A program made the position numbers and the translations under genes. Under the pieces are notes generated by a model. The model searched no databases. It was not told where the DNA came from and saw nothing but the letters and a program-made list of their open reading frames with translations. A stretch of 64,000 nt of DNA from Psammoneis japonica (lineage: Eukaryota): the NCBI GenBank assembly GCA_008632985.1, contig QPGO01000077.1, positions 1 through 64,000 of the forward strand, in the 5' to 3' direction. This document shows positions 12,225 to 24,716 of this stretch, one piece after another (positions within the stretch are counted from its first letter, which is position 1; each line of letters begins with the position of its first letter).

Positions 12225-13129
12225 TCACCTGATGATTGCCCTCTGTCCTCTGTCGCTCGTTCTCATCTTCTCTTGTGGCTGATGATGCACTCCCTGCAGA
12301 GCTCTGTCTCTGGTTGGTTGTGGTGCAAGCCACAAGGAACCAGACCTTGAGCAGGATCTTGCATCTTGGAGGAGCCCAGAGATGCAGAGCTCCAGCAGGA
12401 GAGCTCTCTCTGCTCATTGACAAGTGAAGTGCCATTGATGAAAAGAAGAAGTGAGCCACCAGCTGGTGGAGAAGTGGCTTTGAACTAAGTGCAGAGTTAA
12501 AGAGCCTGTTGAGAATGGAAGGAGGCAGGGAAGCAGCTGCAGCAGTGGAAGAGTGGCAGGGATGCATGATGCAGCATGTGGGGCATTTGGCAGAAGGGAC
12601 AGGAGATGAGTCAGTGTGAAGAAAGGAGGCAAAGCAAAGTGCATCATGGAAAGATGGTGGCTGGGTTGCGCCCAAGCATTTGAGTGGTGCCCATTGAGAT
12701 GGAGAGGCAGAATCATTCATCACTGACCCTTGACAGCAATGAATTGAAAGAGGTGCTTAGAGGCCATGTGGCAAAAGAGACTGTGAAGATGATCCAAGGA
12801 TGCCTTTTTGAGAATGGCCGGACAAAGAATCAAGACTTGGTCAAAGATTGTCACAGACAGCTGGGCAGACAGGAAGAATGTGGCCAATTGGCTCAAACAA
12901 GTCATGAGCCACATGAGCTAGACTTGGGGGCTTGGACTTCTGGCAACCATGGATCACAAGAAATTGGTCTGTCTGACAGCAAACATGATCCACATTGTTG
13001 AGGTTGGTTCTTGAAGAGTGAGAGAGAGAATCAGAGAGCCTGTTGCAAAGGAATTGTTCAGGAAAATTTTTGGCATCCATGAAAGCTTTCAGTCAATCAA
13101 ATGGGGGGCTTCAGTGGAACCCAGCATGA

Positions 13130-15510
13130 ATTTACGGACATGCTTCACCGTGTTGCAAAATTGACAGCATGATGAAAGCAAGCACCATGGAAAGCCACAA
13201 CAGTTTCTGACCACATTTGACAATTGGAAGAAGACTCTGGGGCCTGCCAAATGACAGTTGTGCTTTGACACATCTGACAACAAGTTGTGCCAGTTCAATG
13301 TCAGAACTGAAGTTGTTCATTGACCGCAGCTCTGCGAAGCATTGCAGGACAATTGCCAGTGATTTGTGCAGCAATTTGGCAATTGATTTCCTGTGCTTCA
13401 CCATGGTGAACTTGGGAATTGTCCAAAACAGTTCCTTCAACAAAATTCTGAACAAAAGTTTCTGTTTGCTTGCATCAGAAAACATGTGTCTGGGACAAGC
13501 TTGATGACATCACTGTCTTTCCAATTGTCATTTGGATGTTCTCCGCCACTTGCCAGTTTCACCATGCTTTCACCATGTGATTTCAATTTGCAACATGGCA
13601 AAGTGCATGGTGTGGAATTTCATGCTGTTTGAGTGCCACAGTCCCCCATTTGCCTGATTTCAAAAAACTGAAAGTGTTTGTGGCAGAAAGCAGGCAGCCA
13701 ACAAAGGAAAAACACACGCATTGCATGAGAGCACAAAAACTCAAAATTGTGAGAGTTGAGAACTGTGCTGAAAAATCTGTGTAGAGTGCAGCAGATCTGT
13801 GCACAATTTTGCTTGCAAGATCAGAGCAAGATTGCCACTCTAACCAAACAGCCTTTCACAAGACTGGACATTGGTTGGAGCAGATGCAAAATTTCTGCCA
13901 ACAGAAAACAAAAAGGAGGCCTTCCCTCAATTGATTTGGATCAAACAATTGGATTGAACCTGATGTTGGCTCCAAGTTGCAATTTTGAAAGAGAGGAGTT
14001 GTGAGTGGACACAATGTGCAAAAATGCATGTGCAAAAGGACACACAAGAAAGGGCATCAGAAAATTGGAGAAATTTTGGCGGGAAGTTTTTCTGTTGACA
14101 TCAGAGGGGAAGTTTTTCTGTTGACATCAGAGGCCACAACACAGTGGTTTCCACTTTCCTTTGTAAATTTTTTAATGTGCATTGTCAAGATTTTCAACAA
14201 GCAGAATTTGAAAAATGCCAGCAAAAGTGCTCAACAAAATGATGCGGCTGTTTTGTGCATTTCATCTGATGTCTCATTGACTTTTCTTGCACAAGCTTCA
14301 ATCAAATGCATGCAATGTTTGATTTAATTGGGATCGAAATCTGTTTCTTGTGATGCACAATTTGGTTTCCTTTTGATTGCAGTCAATTTGAACTTGGTTT
14401 TAATTTTGTCCTCCTCACTCACGTGCGTGTGTCTTCACACGTGTGCAGTCTGCTGCACATGCAGTGCTTCACACACGCACATGACCCACCTTCATTTTTC
14501 TTCATGTTTCCCAGATTTGCGCAGCCTGTTGGTCCACAGCATTTTCAGCACATTTTTTACATGCACAATTTTCTGCACACTTCATGACAGCACACCCTCT
14601 CCCCAAAATTTGAAAAACAAGAGCGTGCGCTTGTTGTGACTCACATGGATCCCACATGTGGTCGCAAATCTGCAAATCAACAACTGGCCATGGTGGTGAA
14701 AGACTTTGCTCCATTGGCTGATGACAGTGGCTCAACATGTGGTGAAACCTGCTGTCCTTCTGGTTGGTCAAGATGGGTTTTGATTCGGGCGCAGCTTGAG
14801 TTTTGTGATTGCGAGTGTGCTGTCATGAATCTGTGGTGTCCAAAATGCTGAGCTGCTTGCATGTTGTTGTGTGCACGCATGTCACAAAGTTGCTTTTCTG
14901 CAGTGTTGGCATGATCGCACATGTCAGAGTTTTGCACCCAGAATCATCACAAGTTGCCACAGATGACACTCTTCAAACAAAGCATGTGCAAAAAGAGGTT
15001 CATTGGTTTTTGATGTGTTTGCCAACAATGCATCCTTCTTCTCCACTTTCCATGCCCAGATCCAGAAAGACTGCAGGCAGTGCTGCTTGTTCCTGCAGCT
15101 CTCAGAATCACACGCATGAAAAGTTCTTTGCCATGCATGACACTCTTCAAAAAAGGCATGCTCAAAAAGAACTTCACTGGTTTTTAACATGTTTGCTTGC
15201 ATTGCATCTCTGTCTTCTCCAATCTCCACATCCAGATCCAGAAAGACTGCAGAGGCAGAGACTTTGGAGGCAACCCATTGGAGGTTGCCTGAGTTGTCAG
15301 GCTCATTTTTGAAGGCTTCCCAAGTCTCTCTGCTGTTTCTGGTCCACACTCTAAACATGTTGTCGATGAACCATCCGCAGCATGGGAGGTGCAGGGCAAA
15401 CTCAGTCATTGCCACATGACTTTGTTGTTTGTGCAGCACCTTGCACAGTGTGGCACACATGTGGGCAGCGCTTGTTCCCACAGCTGTTCCAGCAAGTGCA
15501 TTCTGTGGCA
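13130..15510 (-). mobile_element. Penelope-like retroelement reverse-transcriptase remnant
   Basis: GTAVGTSAAHMCATLC, CCGWFIDNMFRVW (the YxDD region), WEAFKNEPDNSGNLQW, VFLDLDVEI, THQKPMNLFLH match PLE RT motifs GTAMG, RFIDD, FLDL and TYQKPMNLYLY. A ~175-bp internal duplication (~14960-15260) and a possible thumb fragment (13132-13485) are present. Confidence 0.7.
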
Positions 15511-15619
15511 CTCAAGATGTTTTTTGCTTGCTCGCATGCTTTCTTTCTGTGTTTTCTTTGAGTTGCAGGGGTGGAGCTGGGTGCTTGACATCTTGCACCA
15601 CACACCGGCATCCATGTTG

Positions 15620-16110
15620 CTCTGGAATCAGTGGTGCTGGATGCACCAATGCACTGGCAAGTGTGTGTTGTGGTTCATGTTAGTTCATCCACATTGTGCT
15701 CTCACAATGCTGTGCTCTGCACTTTTTGGCAATGAATGAGGTGGGTCAGATGAGCAACAGCACTTCTGCTGCAAACCCACCTGCTCCAGAATCAGTGGCG
15801 TTGGATGCACTGGCAAGCCAATGTTGCCATTCCTGTGGGTTGTGTTGGCTCATCCATGTTGTGCTCTCACAATGTGTTTTGCTCTTTTTGGCAATGAATG
15901 AGGTGGAGTGGAGCAGCGGCACTTCAAAAAATGGAACAGCAGCTCCTGATGCAAACTTGCCTGCTCCAGAATCAGTGGCGCCGGATGCACCAGTGAGCCC
16001 ATGTTGCCGTTCCTGTTGGCAGTGTTGGTTCATCCACATTGCACTCTCACAATGCATTCTGCACTTTTTGGCAATGAACAAGGTGGCTGCCATCAGCAGC
16101 ACTTCAAGAA
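15620..16110 (+). repeat. Three degenerate tandem units of ~165-180 bp
   Basis: gaatcagtggYgYYggatgcac...ctctcacaatg...ctttttggcaatgaa recurs at ~15625, ~15789 and ~15969. Confidence 0.85.
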
Positions 16111-16624
16111 AGTGAGCTGCAACTGCTGCTGCAAACTCTGGGGTGTTGTCACCACAAGCATCATTCAACTTAAACATGAACAACAAAATAGAATGTTCAT
16201 GGTGCAATGCAAATGATTTTAATTTACAGGTTTTGCAGGGACAGAGGGTGGGCACTCTCATGGGGAAAACTTGTCCCTGTTTCACAACAAAACATGTTTT
16301 CTTGACAGGGAGTGGGGGTCTGATCCCACAGTGTGAAAATGTTCATCTGTCACAGTTGACATGTTGTTGCCAGCTGCACAACTGTCAAGGTTTGAAACAA
16401 CAGAATTTTGCACTGTGACAGATTTAAAAAATGCTGTGGGAAAGGTGTTCTGGATCACTGCAAAATGTGCACTCTGATGCTTGATCTCAAATGCAGCAGA
16501 CATGACAATGTCAGGCTGCATTGACAACACACTCATGTTCTGACATTGAGATCAGAAAAAACAAGGTCAGTGTGCTGCAATCCCAGTCAATCAATGTGTC
16601 AAATGAAGCAGAGATTCCCAAACC

Positions 16625-17640
16625 ATGAAACGTCTCGTCGTGACGGAACCTGGTCCAGACATCAAGGGATGCAAGATTGAAGTCCAGGAAACACCAGTCC
16701 CCAAACTCGAAAAGGGAGAACATTTGGTCAAAATGGTGGTGGCCACTGTCAATCCGTCCGATTGTGGTTCCTGGTTTCGTGCCAACCAATTGCCCTAGAC
16801 CCATGCCATGGGCAAGGAGGGATGTGGAATCATTGTGGCCAAGGGCGGAGGATTGACTTCAAGTTTGTTGGGACATGCCATTGGTGCACCTGTGGGCATC
16901 ATTGGTTTGACCAAAAAGCAGGGAATGCATTCCAAATGTGCAGTGGCCGACTGCACCAAATTATTTCCCATGCCCAAAGAGTTGCCGATTGAGGATGCGA
17001 CATCCTTTTTTGTCAATCCCTGCATGACTGTTGGCATTGTCGATGCGTCAAGAAAACAGGCTCAAAAGCGTTTGTGCGTGCGGCGGCCGCTTCACAACTG
17101 GGAAAAATGATGGTCAAGCACATGCAACAAGAAGAGCAGGAGTTGGAATTGATTGACGTGGTTCGTCGTCCAGAACAAGCTGAACTTTTGGAAAAGTTGG
17201 GAGCCAAACATGTCGTGGTGACCTCGGAGGAATCATGGAAGGAAACACTCAAGACCAAAATTGACAAGCTGGGTGCCACGTGGCCATGGATGCCATTGCC
17301 TGGAAAATGACGGGTGACTTGATCAAGGTGTTGCCCAACAAATCTTGGGCATGTCTGTGGCGGTTTGGCAGGTTTGGTGGAAAATGTTGATCCCATGGAT
17401 TTGATTTACAAGGAAAAGGTGGTGCGGGGATTCATCATGAACACGTGGGTCTGTGAGGGTGGATGTCTTGGAATGATTCCCCGAATGTTTTGGCGGGCAA
17501 AAAAGTAAATTCCGGCTTGGCGGGTGGTTAGAGCAGTTTGCAATTCAAAGACACTTCCATGGAAAACCTCCAAAAAGACTTGACGCACTGCTTGAAGGCA
17601 AGAGCACAGGTCAAAAACTGCATGTTCGTTTTGACCTTTA
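16625..17640 (+). pseudogene. MDR / quinone-oxidoreductase-like dehydrogenase pseudogene (host-gene copy)
   Basis: MKRLVVTEPG...VPKLEKGEHLVKMVVATVNPSDC, MGKEGCGIIV, LPIEDATSFFVNPC, AAASQLGKMM, VVRRPEQAELLEKLGAKHVV, DLIYKEKVVRG; stop codon and several frameshifts. Confidence 0.85.
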
Positions 17641-17879
17641 GAAATGCATGCACAACTAGAGTGGCAAAACACTCCGACTCTCTAGAGAGGCAACTCCCAA
17701 TGGTTTGGTAGAATGCTGCACGTTGTGGTGTCTATCATGGGGTTGGCAAAACAAGGATGTTTTCCAATTTTGTTGTGTCAACAAGGGATCTCTTGTGAAA
17801 AGATGCAAACAAACTCCAAAGATGTGTTACATTGTTTTTGTTCAGCAAAAAGGACTCTGAAATTGGAGCACCTTTGGCT

Positions 17880-18100
17880 CAATGATGCTTCTTCTTCTTT
17901 GCTTGTCTTTTTGGATTTCCCCAAGGATGCGATTGAGTCTGTTGCTCCTCGTCCCATTTGGTGGACACCTGCAAATGTGCCTGCAAGTGGCAATGCAACC
18001 ACTTTTCCTGCTCCCATGGCGCTTCCCTTGACCAGCCCCTTAACACCCTCTTGTTGAGCTCCCGCAATGGGTTCCACAGGCCCTGAACAAACAAGCAAAC
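17880..18100 (-). pseudogene. Gly-rich amphipathic-helix fragment of a probable host gene
   Basis: EPIAGAQQEGVKGLVKGSAMGAGKVVALPLAGTFAGVHQMGRG resembles ATG2/VPS13 C-terminal-like helices; fragment only. Confidence 0.3.
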
Positions 18101-18499
18101 CCTCCAAAGAATCCCCTTGCAACATTCTTGTCACTGCTGCTCACACCCGCTGTGGTGTTTGCGTGATGTTGGGTGGAAAATAAATTCAAGTTTGCAGCTT
18201 CATTTGGTTTTTGTGGGGCATTGGCAATTCCCAGTTTTTCTTCTTTCTTTGTGGGTTCAGCCTGTGCTGCAACTTCTTCTTCTTCTTCTTCTTCTTGTGC
18301 TCATTCTTGCCGCAATTCTTGCAACTGCTTTTTCAACTCTTCACGTTCTGCAACAGCCTGTTCCAGATCCATTGCAACTTCCACAGCAATGGGAAGTGAA
18401 GATTGGGGAGCAACTGCTGCTGCTGCTTGCAAGGGTTCATCATCATGGATGGATGGCATGGCTGTCTCATTGTTGGATTCATCTTCTTTGCCACCCACG

Positions 18500-18950
18500 C
18501 AATGAGCACTGGGTTGGTGCAACAATCCTTGACTCGGGTGGCATCAAGCAGCTGCTGGTCTCAAATTGTTGTCTCCTGGTGCTCCAGACAATGTCGAATC
18601 TTCATCCTCTTGGTCAGCACTCCTCTCATTGATTGATTGCAAGGCTGTGTTTGGGACAGAATCTTGGTCATTGTTTGTTGGTGCACCCATTGTCTGACTG
18701 CAGAGGCAACCTCATCACACCAAATCTGTGTGCTTGGACTGGCTTGCCATTTGCCCCTTTTACCCGGATGATTTGCAGGCCAAAAATCCTTCAGCCAGCT
18801 TGATGTCATTGAAGAAAAACTGGTTGGTGCTGGTGTTGACACAATGTTCAACACTGTTGGTGTCCATGATGAAGCAGAACAGATGGCTCTCAAGGTTGCT
18901 GGGAGCATTGTCATTCTCTCCACTGTCGTTGGGCAGATGCAAGTCACTTG
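18500..18950 (-). mobile_element. Possible Copia-type protease-region remnant
   Basis: FIMDTNSVEHCVNTSTNQFFFNDIKL resembles the DTDS...CVD(S/T)GA...H motif of diatom Copia pol. Confidence 0.35.
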
Positions 18951-20589
18951 ATTGCAATGAAAAAGGAAGTGGCAATGGCATTGTTGACTGTGGTCTGCCT
19001 CAACACACCCTTGTCATTTGAATGTGTCCAAGGAGGTCTCACCTTTGATCAAAGCATGATTTGTGCCAGGGAGAGCATGTGCAGCAGGTGCAGAGGACAG
19101 GCTCCTGCTCCTTTGCCAGCTGGTGGGTGGAAGTGCAATGGCAGCGAGGTTGATGTGGTCATGTTGCATGATGCAACAGATGCATTTTGCACTGGCCTGC
19201 AGCTGCAATGGTGCCCATTGCATGGGTGTGTTGATCGGCAACAAGGGTTGTGAGGATTCAATGATGGCATCTCTTTGCAGACCCAGGAGACAGAGAAAAT
19301 GAGAATGAGCAGTGATTGGCAGGAAAACAGCTCTCCCTTGGAGACCTGCAACATGAGGGAGAAGATTGGTGGCAATGTTGGGAGAGGTGACAAGGGTGAA
19401 TCAGACACTGCTGGCACAACAGCCACAGCAGAACAATTGAAGCATTCAGCAGAAAGAAGCCCACTGAGAACATCAAAGTTGCAAACCAAGCCATGGCGGA
19501 CAAACTTTTGCTCATGTCAGATGAAGGCAAAAACACTGGCAATCTCACACTGGATCTGAGCATGCCAGGTCTTGTCATCCCATTCAATGGTGCCTCCGAT
19601 CTTTCAAGTCATTGCACGAGCTTGGTTGGCAGCCTTCAAGTGGCACGGCAATGGATGGAATCTTTTTCTTCTGCCTTGATGGCAGGAGGCTTGGCATCAT
19701 TGGAAGGAGAGTCCTTGGGAGAAGGAGCAGTGTGCAAACCAACAGAAGCCGACTGGTTTGGCTGTCAAGACTGGACAATTTCGACAAGTTCTGCCTTTCT
19801 TTCTGGATTGGAGAGACAAAGCTGAGCGTGCGTCAACAAAGACTGACATGATCGGCCGAGAGAAACGAAATTAAGCACATCGGTGTGGCACAGAGGTGAG
19901 TGCAAAATTGCCTTTGAAAGCACCACAAATCTGGGTGCAAGTCCTGCAAAGAGAAAAAGTGTGAGGTTGGTGATGCCGAGCTCTTTTTGGAAGCTTCTGA
20001 TGCAGACTCACCAGTGTTGAAGGGAACCGCAATCCCATGGATGATGTGACTGGCGGTGAAAATTTGCAAGCTCTTGCTGGTGCTTGTCACCTGAGCCAAC
20101 AAGCAGAAAAGGCTGCGCAGCTGCAAGATCAGCACCAACCATGCGGGAAGAACCTGCTGTTGAACTGCTTGTTCTCGAGCAGGTGTTCAATCCCAGCAGC
20201 TACAACCGGAAGTCACTTTTGCTTTTAAGTGCTTTTGCGGTGTTCCGTCGTGTCATTTTGCAACTGCCTGTTCTTGCTTCTGTCATTGCGTTAGACACAG
20301 TGAACAAATGCTGCACAGTTCCAGCATGGGTTGGTGCTGTCCCCACCAATGTTGGACGCAGCAACAAGCAATTGCACTGGCATCACAAATGTGCGGTTTG
20401 GCAACTGCAGTCCTCAGTTTTGGCCTCATCATCTGTTGCCCAATCTACCTGCACCTCAAGCTTTCTGGCAACCTTCATCAGTCTCTGCCTGTTGTGATGC
20501 TGACTGTCAGGGTCCTTTGCCACTGCCTCGTCTCCAGTGCCATCCACTTCACAGAGTTTGGCATGAGTCTCGGGCCCGACCGAAGTGCC

Positions 20590-21260
20590 CTCACTTTCAA
20601 TGCTGGCATTTTGAACCAGAGAAGCTCGCAACAAAGTCGGGGCAGTGGTGGTGCTGGTGTCAAATCTGGTGCGATGGGTGATCTTTCTTCCCTTTCCTCG
20701 GGTGCCACGACGGCGGGCATTGTGCTGAATGGCCGAGTCCCTCACACATTCAATGCTGCTCTTTTGACCTGGAGAAGATCGCAATGAAGTTGGGGCAGTG
20801 TTGGTGCTGGTGCCAAATCTGGTGTGATGGGCAGTCTTTCTTCCCTTCCTCAGGTGCCACGATGGCGGGCACTGCGCTGAGTGGCCGAGTCCCCTGCACT
20901 TTCAATGCTGCTGTTTTGACCTGGAGAAGATTGCAATGAAGTCTGGGCAGTGGCGCCAGTGTCAAATCTGGTGTGACAGGCAATCTTTCTTCCCTTCCCT
21001 CGGGTGCCACGATGGCGGGCACTGTGCTGAACGGACGAGTTTCTCGTTGCCGTTTCCACCACAAAGTCTCCGTTGTGATGCTCAGTCCCATCGATCTTCT
21101 GAAGTGAAGATGGCTGCGGTGGAGTGGCGGGAGTTGATGTTTGTGTTGTCAGAATGATGTCGGTGAGGGGCTTTGAGGTGCTGTTGTCGAAGGTGGCACT
21201 GCAGGAGATCTTTCTTCCTTTTCTGCGGGTGCCACAACCAGTTGAGTTCCTCATCAATGC
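20590..21260 (+). repeat. Degenerate tandem repeat, ~150-bp unit, 3 clear copies plus 1 diverged copy
   Basis: caaatctggtgYga...tctttcttcccttYc.tcgggtgccacgaYggcgggcaYtgYgctga recurs at ~20661, ~20814 and ~20963; weaker copy at ~21187. Confidence 0.85.
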
Positions 21261-21949
21261 ACCATCAACATTGTGGCTCATGCTGTCACGTTCATGGAGA
21301 GCTTGCTCCATTGTCACTTCCATCTCAGTTGCAGTGATTTTGATGTTTGGGACTTTGCTCTTCTGCTCCGGAGATGACTGGAGCATGGCGGGAGTTGACA
21401 GAACGGTGTTCATCTGAGAGAAACGCCTTTCCCCTCTTTGTGCCTCCATTGCTTCACAGGCTCTTGACTCGTTGAGTCACTTGTTCCTGTTTCTCTTTGT
21501 GATGTTGGTGTTGTTTGCTGAAATGACGTGGTGATCGATTCATGTGTCAGTGTGGCTCATCAAGCATGGGCTCAATGATTGCTGGCATGACTGTGACCGC
21601 CATCAACGAATGAACCACTCACAGATCAATCAAGCGAACCCAATCAAGAATTTCAAAGGTTCAAATCTACAATGGAGCCCATCTTCTTGTTCTTCTCATG
21701 CAAACAGAACTTCTTGTTCTTGACAAGTCTTTTGCTCCTGTTCATCTGTGTTGCCTTTGGCACATGTGTTGGTCACTTCTTGTTTCTTTTCGATTCTTCT
21801 TGTTGGTTGTCGAGAAGTGCAATCTTGCTTCTCACAATTTAAAATTTGGCAAAACCAAACACTGTGTGATTGTCCATCATTGCTGTTTTAAGTCTCTGCA
21901 ACCCACAATTGGTGGAAGAATCATTCGAAATGGACCACTTGTGTGATGA

Positions 21950-23215
21950 GACCCAGCACACCCCTGGCTGGCAGGCAGATGCAGAGAGGGTGCACAGGGC
22001 GTGCATGCTGGCATGCAAGGTCCTTGGAAACACATGTTGGAAAGTCACCAGATGCCTCCAAGTTTCTCTGCCACCCTGATGACATCCTGGAGCAGGGCCC
22101 TGCCTTCTCTCTTCAGTGTGCCCTGTTGCTGGTGAAACCACTGTGCATTCCCGCACCCCGCCCTTCATCTCTGCTCAGACCTGGTGTCCTCAAGACTCAC
22201 CACATCTCATGCGCCTCTGCCTCTGCTGCACTGGCCTCTCCCTGACATCGATCACTGTCCACCTGGGCCTTTTTCCTGCTCCCCATCTTCCTCCATTTGT
22301 GATCCTTCCACTGCCACCCCATTTTGCCCGGACTCTCTTCGACCCTTTCTTGGCCCCTCCCCCCACTCTCCTCCCATGCTCCCCTGTCCTTTTCCTGCCC
22401 CCCCCCACGGTCTGCCACTTCCTCCACAAGCTTGGTGCCACTTCCAACCCATCATTCTTTCCCTTTCTGGTGCCAGCCTGAGCTGCAGATCCTGGAATTT
22501 GCACACAGTCCCCAGCTCTCATTCATGGCACAGAGAGCCTCCCCTCCCTTTCATCTTTCAAGTTCCCACCTCTCTTCCTTTCTTTGACAACTTTCTTCTG
22601 CATGTTGACAGCTGCCTTGACAATGCTTTTGGTGTCCCTGTGTGGCTGTGGTTGACCCGCCCTTTGCTGCCTCTCTCTTCTGTGTGACTCTGCCACCACC
22701 TTCTCTTTCTGCTCCACCTGACTCTCTCCCTTATTTTGGCAGCTGCTTTGACACCTCCTTTCTGATGCCACTCATGTCTGCCACACCCTTTGCTTGGTCA
22801 AAGTCCAAGTGCTGGTGCCAAGATCACCACTTTCAATCAATGGCCCTCTTTCCTCCAACACAAGAGGGCTTCGTCCAAAATTGCCCAGTCAGGCCAGCCT
22901 TGTCCAGTCTTGTGCTCACTCATGCCCTCTCCTCACTGAGCCAATGACTCTCTCAGCCATGCCTCCCTCTTCTCATTCCAAACCAGCAACCTCCTCTTGC
23001 CCCCCTGCTCAACGATGCCCGTGCGCGACTGGGTTTCTTGACGGCTTGTCTTTTCTTGGCTCTCCCTTTGGCATCATCCTCAATTGCTCCAAGACCAAGA
23101 AGATGCCAAACTCTGCCCCAACCCCAATGATCTTCTGTCTGCTCCAAAGTCACTGCTGGCACCTGACTCCTTGCCAGATGACCCGCCACACTGGCTCCTC
23201 TGATTTCACCTGCTC
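21950..23215 (+). mobile_element. Pyrimidine-rich degenerate region, possibly a DIRS/YR-type RT remnant
   Basis: Fragments FLCHPDDILEQ, KLGATSNP and LHVDSCLDNAFG are loosely RT-like; heavily decayed. Confidence 0.2.
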
Positions 23216-23240
23216 GTAGCAAGAAAAAAAAAAGACGACT

Positions 23241-23280
23241 GAGCACATTCACCTAAACTGCAACAAAAGTTTATCGTACG
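23241..23280 (+). repeat. ~40-bp motif, copy 2
   Basis: Matches 531-570; lies where normal TA content resumes. Confidence 0.85.
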
Positions 23281-23483
23281 AAGGACAGGACAGACTTTTA
23301 ATTCGGCGTGGGCGTGAATGCAATGAGAATGAACGTGGAACGTGAGGTGTCAACGATGATGCCCAGTTGCCGTCCGTTGTCACTTTACAGCCTGTTCTGG
23401 TTCACCTTGTTCCATTCTTTACAGAGTACTCGGTCGCGTTTGTCGGTCCAACATCATCTTTTGAACCCTCCTCTGTCGTGCAA

Positions 23484-24002
23484 ATGTCAACCAAGAACGA
23501 TTCGACCGCCGACGACGACGACATGAGATTTGGAAAGTTTGTGATACCGTCGAATACTGTCTTTTATCGCAGCAAATTATCAGCTTCCTTTGTCAATCTA
23601 CGTCCCATTGTTCCAGGACATGTGCTTGTGGTCCCAAAGCGTATCGCTCCACTCCTGTCAGACTTGACGAGCGAAGAGTATCAGGACTTGTGGTTGTCGG
23701 TTCGAACAGTGCAAACCATGCTCAAGGCGCATTACAACGCGTCTGCCTTTAATGTGGCGGTACAGGACGGCTTTCATGCTGGTCAGTCTGTACCGCATTG
23801 TCATATTCATATACTGCCCCGGAAAGAAGGTGACTTTGAACGAAACGATGAGGTTTATGACAAACTAGAAGAGTGGGCACCTCGGGAAGGTATGAAACCC
23901 TCAAAATCAAAACTGGATGTGCCGGATGATGAGGATCGAAAGGATCGCACTCCTGATGAAATGGCCGAAGAGGCAGCTTTGTATAGAAACTTGTTGCAAT
24001 GA
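23484..24002 (+). CDS. FHIT: FHIT-family bis(5'-adenosyl)-triphosphatase (HIT protein); N-terminal extension possible (frame open from 23367)
   Basis: FVNLRPIVPGHVLVVP, AFNVAVQDGFHAGQSVPHCHIHILPRKEGDF, RTPDEMAEEA. Confidence 0.92.
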   Translation: MSTKNDSTADDDDMRFGKFVIPSNTVFYRSKLSASFVNLRPIVPGHVLVVPKRIAPLLSDLTSEEYQDLWLSVRTVQTMLKAHYNASAFNVAVQDGFHAGQSVPHCHIHILPRKEGDFERNDEVYDKLEEWAPREGMKPSKSKLDVPDDEDRKDRTPDEMAEEAALYRNLLQ

Positions 24003-24716
24003 AGATCAGAACATCGTGGTTGGGTTGCAATTATCCTACCGTACGGCGCTGAAACTTGACGTGCTTAATGCTCAATGGTTGGCCAAGCGTCTGCGTTAGG
24101 TATGCCTAAAGTGAATTTTACTGTGAGCACTAGAGGTAGCCACTACCTTCACACGTTAACCTGATTCATTGGATCGCTTGTCGAATGTCTTCTTGTAAAA
24201 TATCAGTTCAACTTACCAGAATCAGACAACCTAATCTTGTCGGAACGGGCGAAGAACCTCGTCCTCTTTTTGGAAAAGCCGCTTTTTTGGAAAAGCCGCC
24301 CCACTCTCCAATGACGTCTTTCATGAGAATAATGTCATAACAGCCGCGTGGTCCCACTCCAACGAAAGCACCGGTAAGGAGGCAATCCGCGAATGCTGCC
24401 ACTGTAAGCATCAGTACCGTGCGACGTCTACTCTAAGCCAAAGCTTCAGTTCGCCAGTCATATTCAGAGAAGCAAATTCAAAATACCGACAACTACTGCA
24501 GCATGGTCTTGGCATGCTTCCGTCTAACAATACCTGTACATATGAATCTTCATCCAAGCGCTGTCTTGCTGGCCTGGCCGCAATCCAGCCACGGACGTTC
24601 GTCGAGCTTCATGCTCGACAGAACATTAGACTTTCAATCTCCTCCGGCTGATATGCAGGCCGATTTCTCTTGGGCAGAACGTTTGATTCCAGTCGTCAAC
24701 ACGTGGAGAGACCACT

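Larger units (their letters stand above)
12230..23215. other. TpA-depleted repeat/TE block 2
   Basis: About 20 TA dinucleotides counted by hand in 12241-16600; a few hundred would be expected from base composition. Confidence 0.95.

Noticed and set aside
15620..21260. CRISPR-like arrays
   Set aside because: The units are 150-180-bp degenerate tandem repeats without unique spacers; no cas genes; eukaryotic context
12230..23215. Classical fungal RIP or plain CpG methylation decay as the full explanation
   Set aside because: RIP increases TpA, and CpG deamination does not consume TpA. Neither accounts for Tyr->Cys/His changes or the TA deficit.
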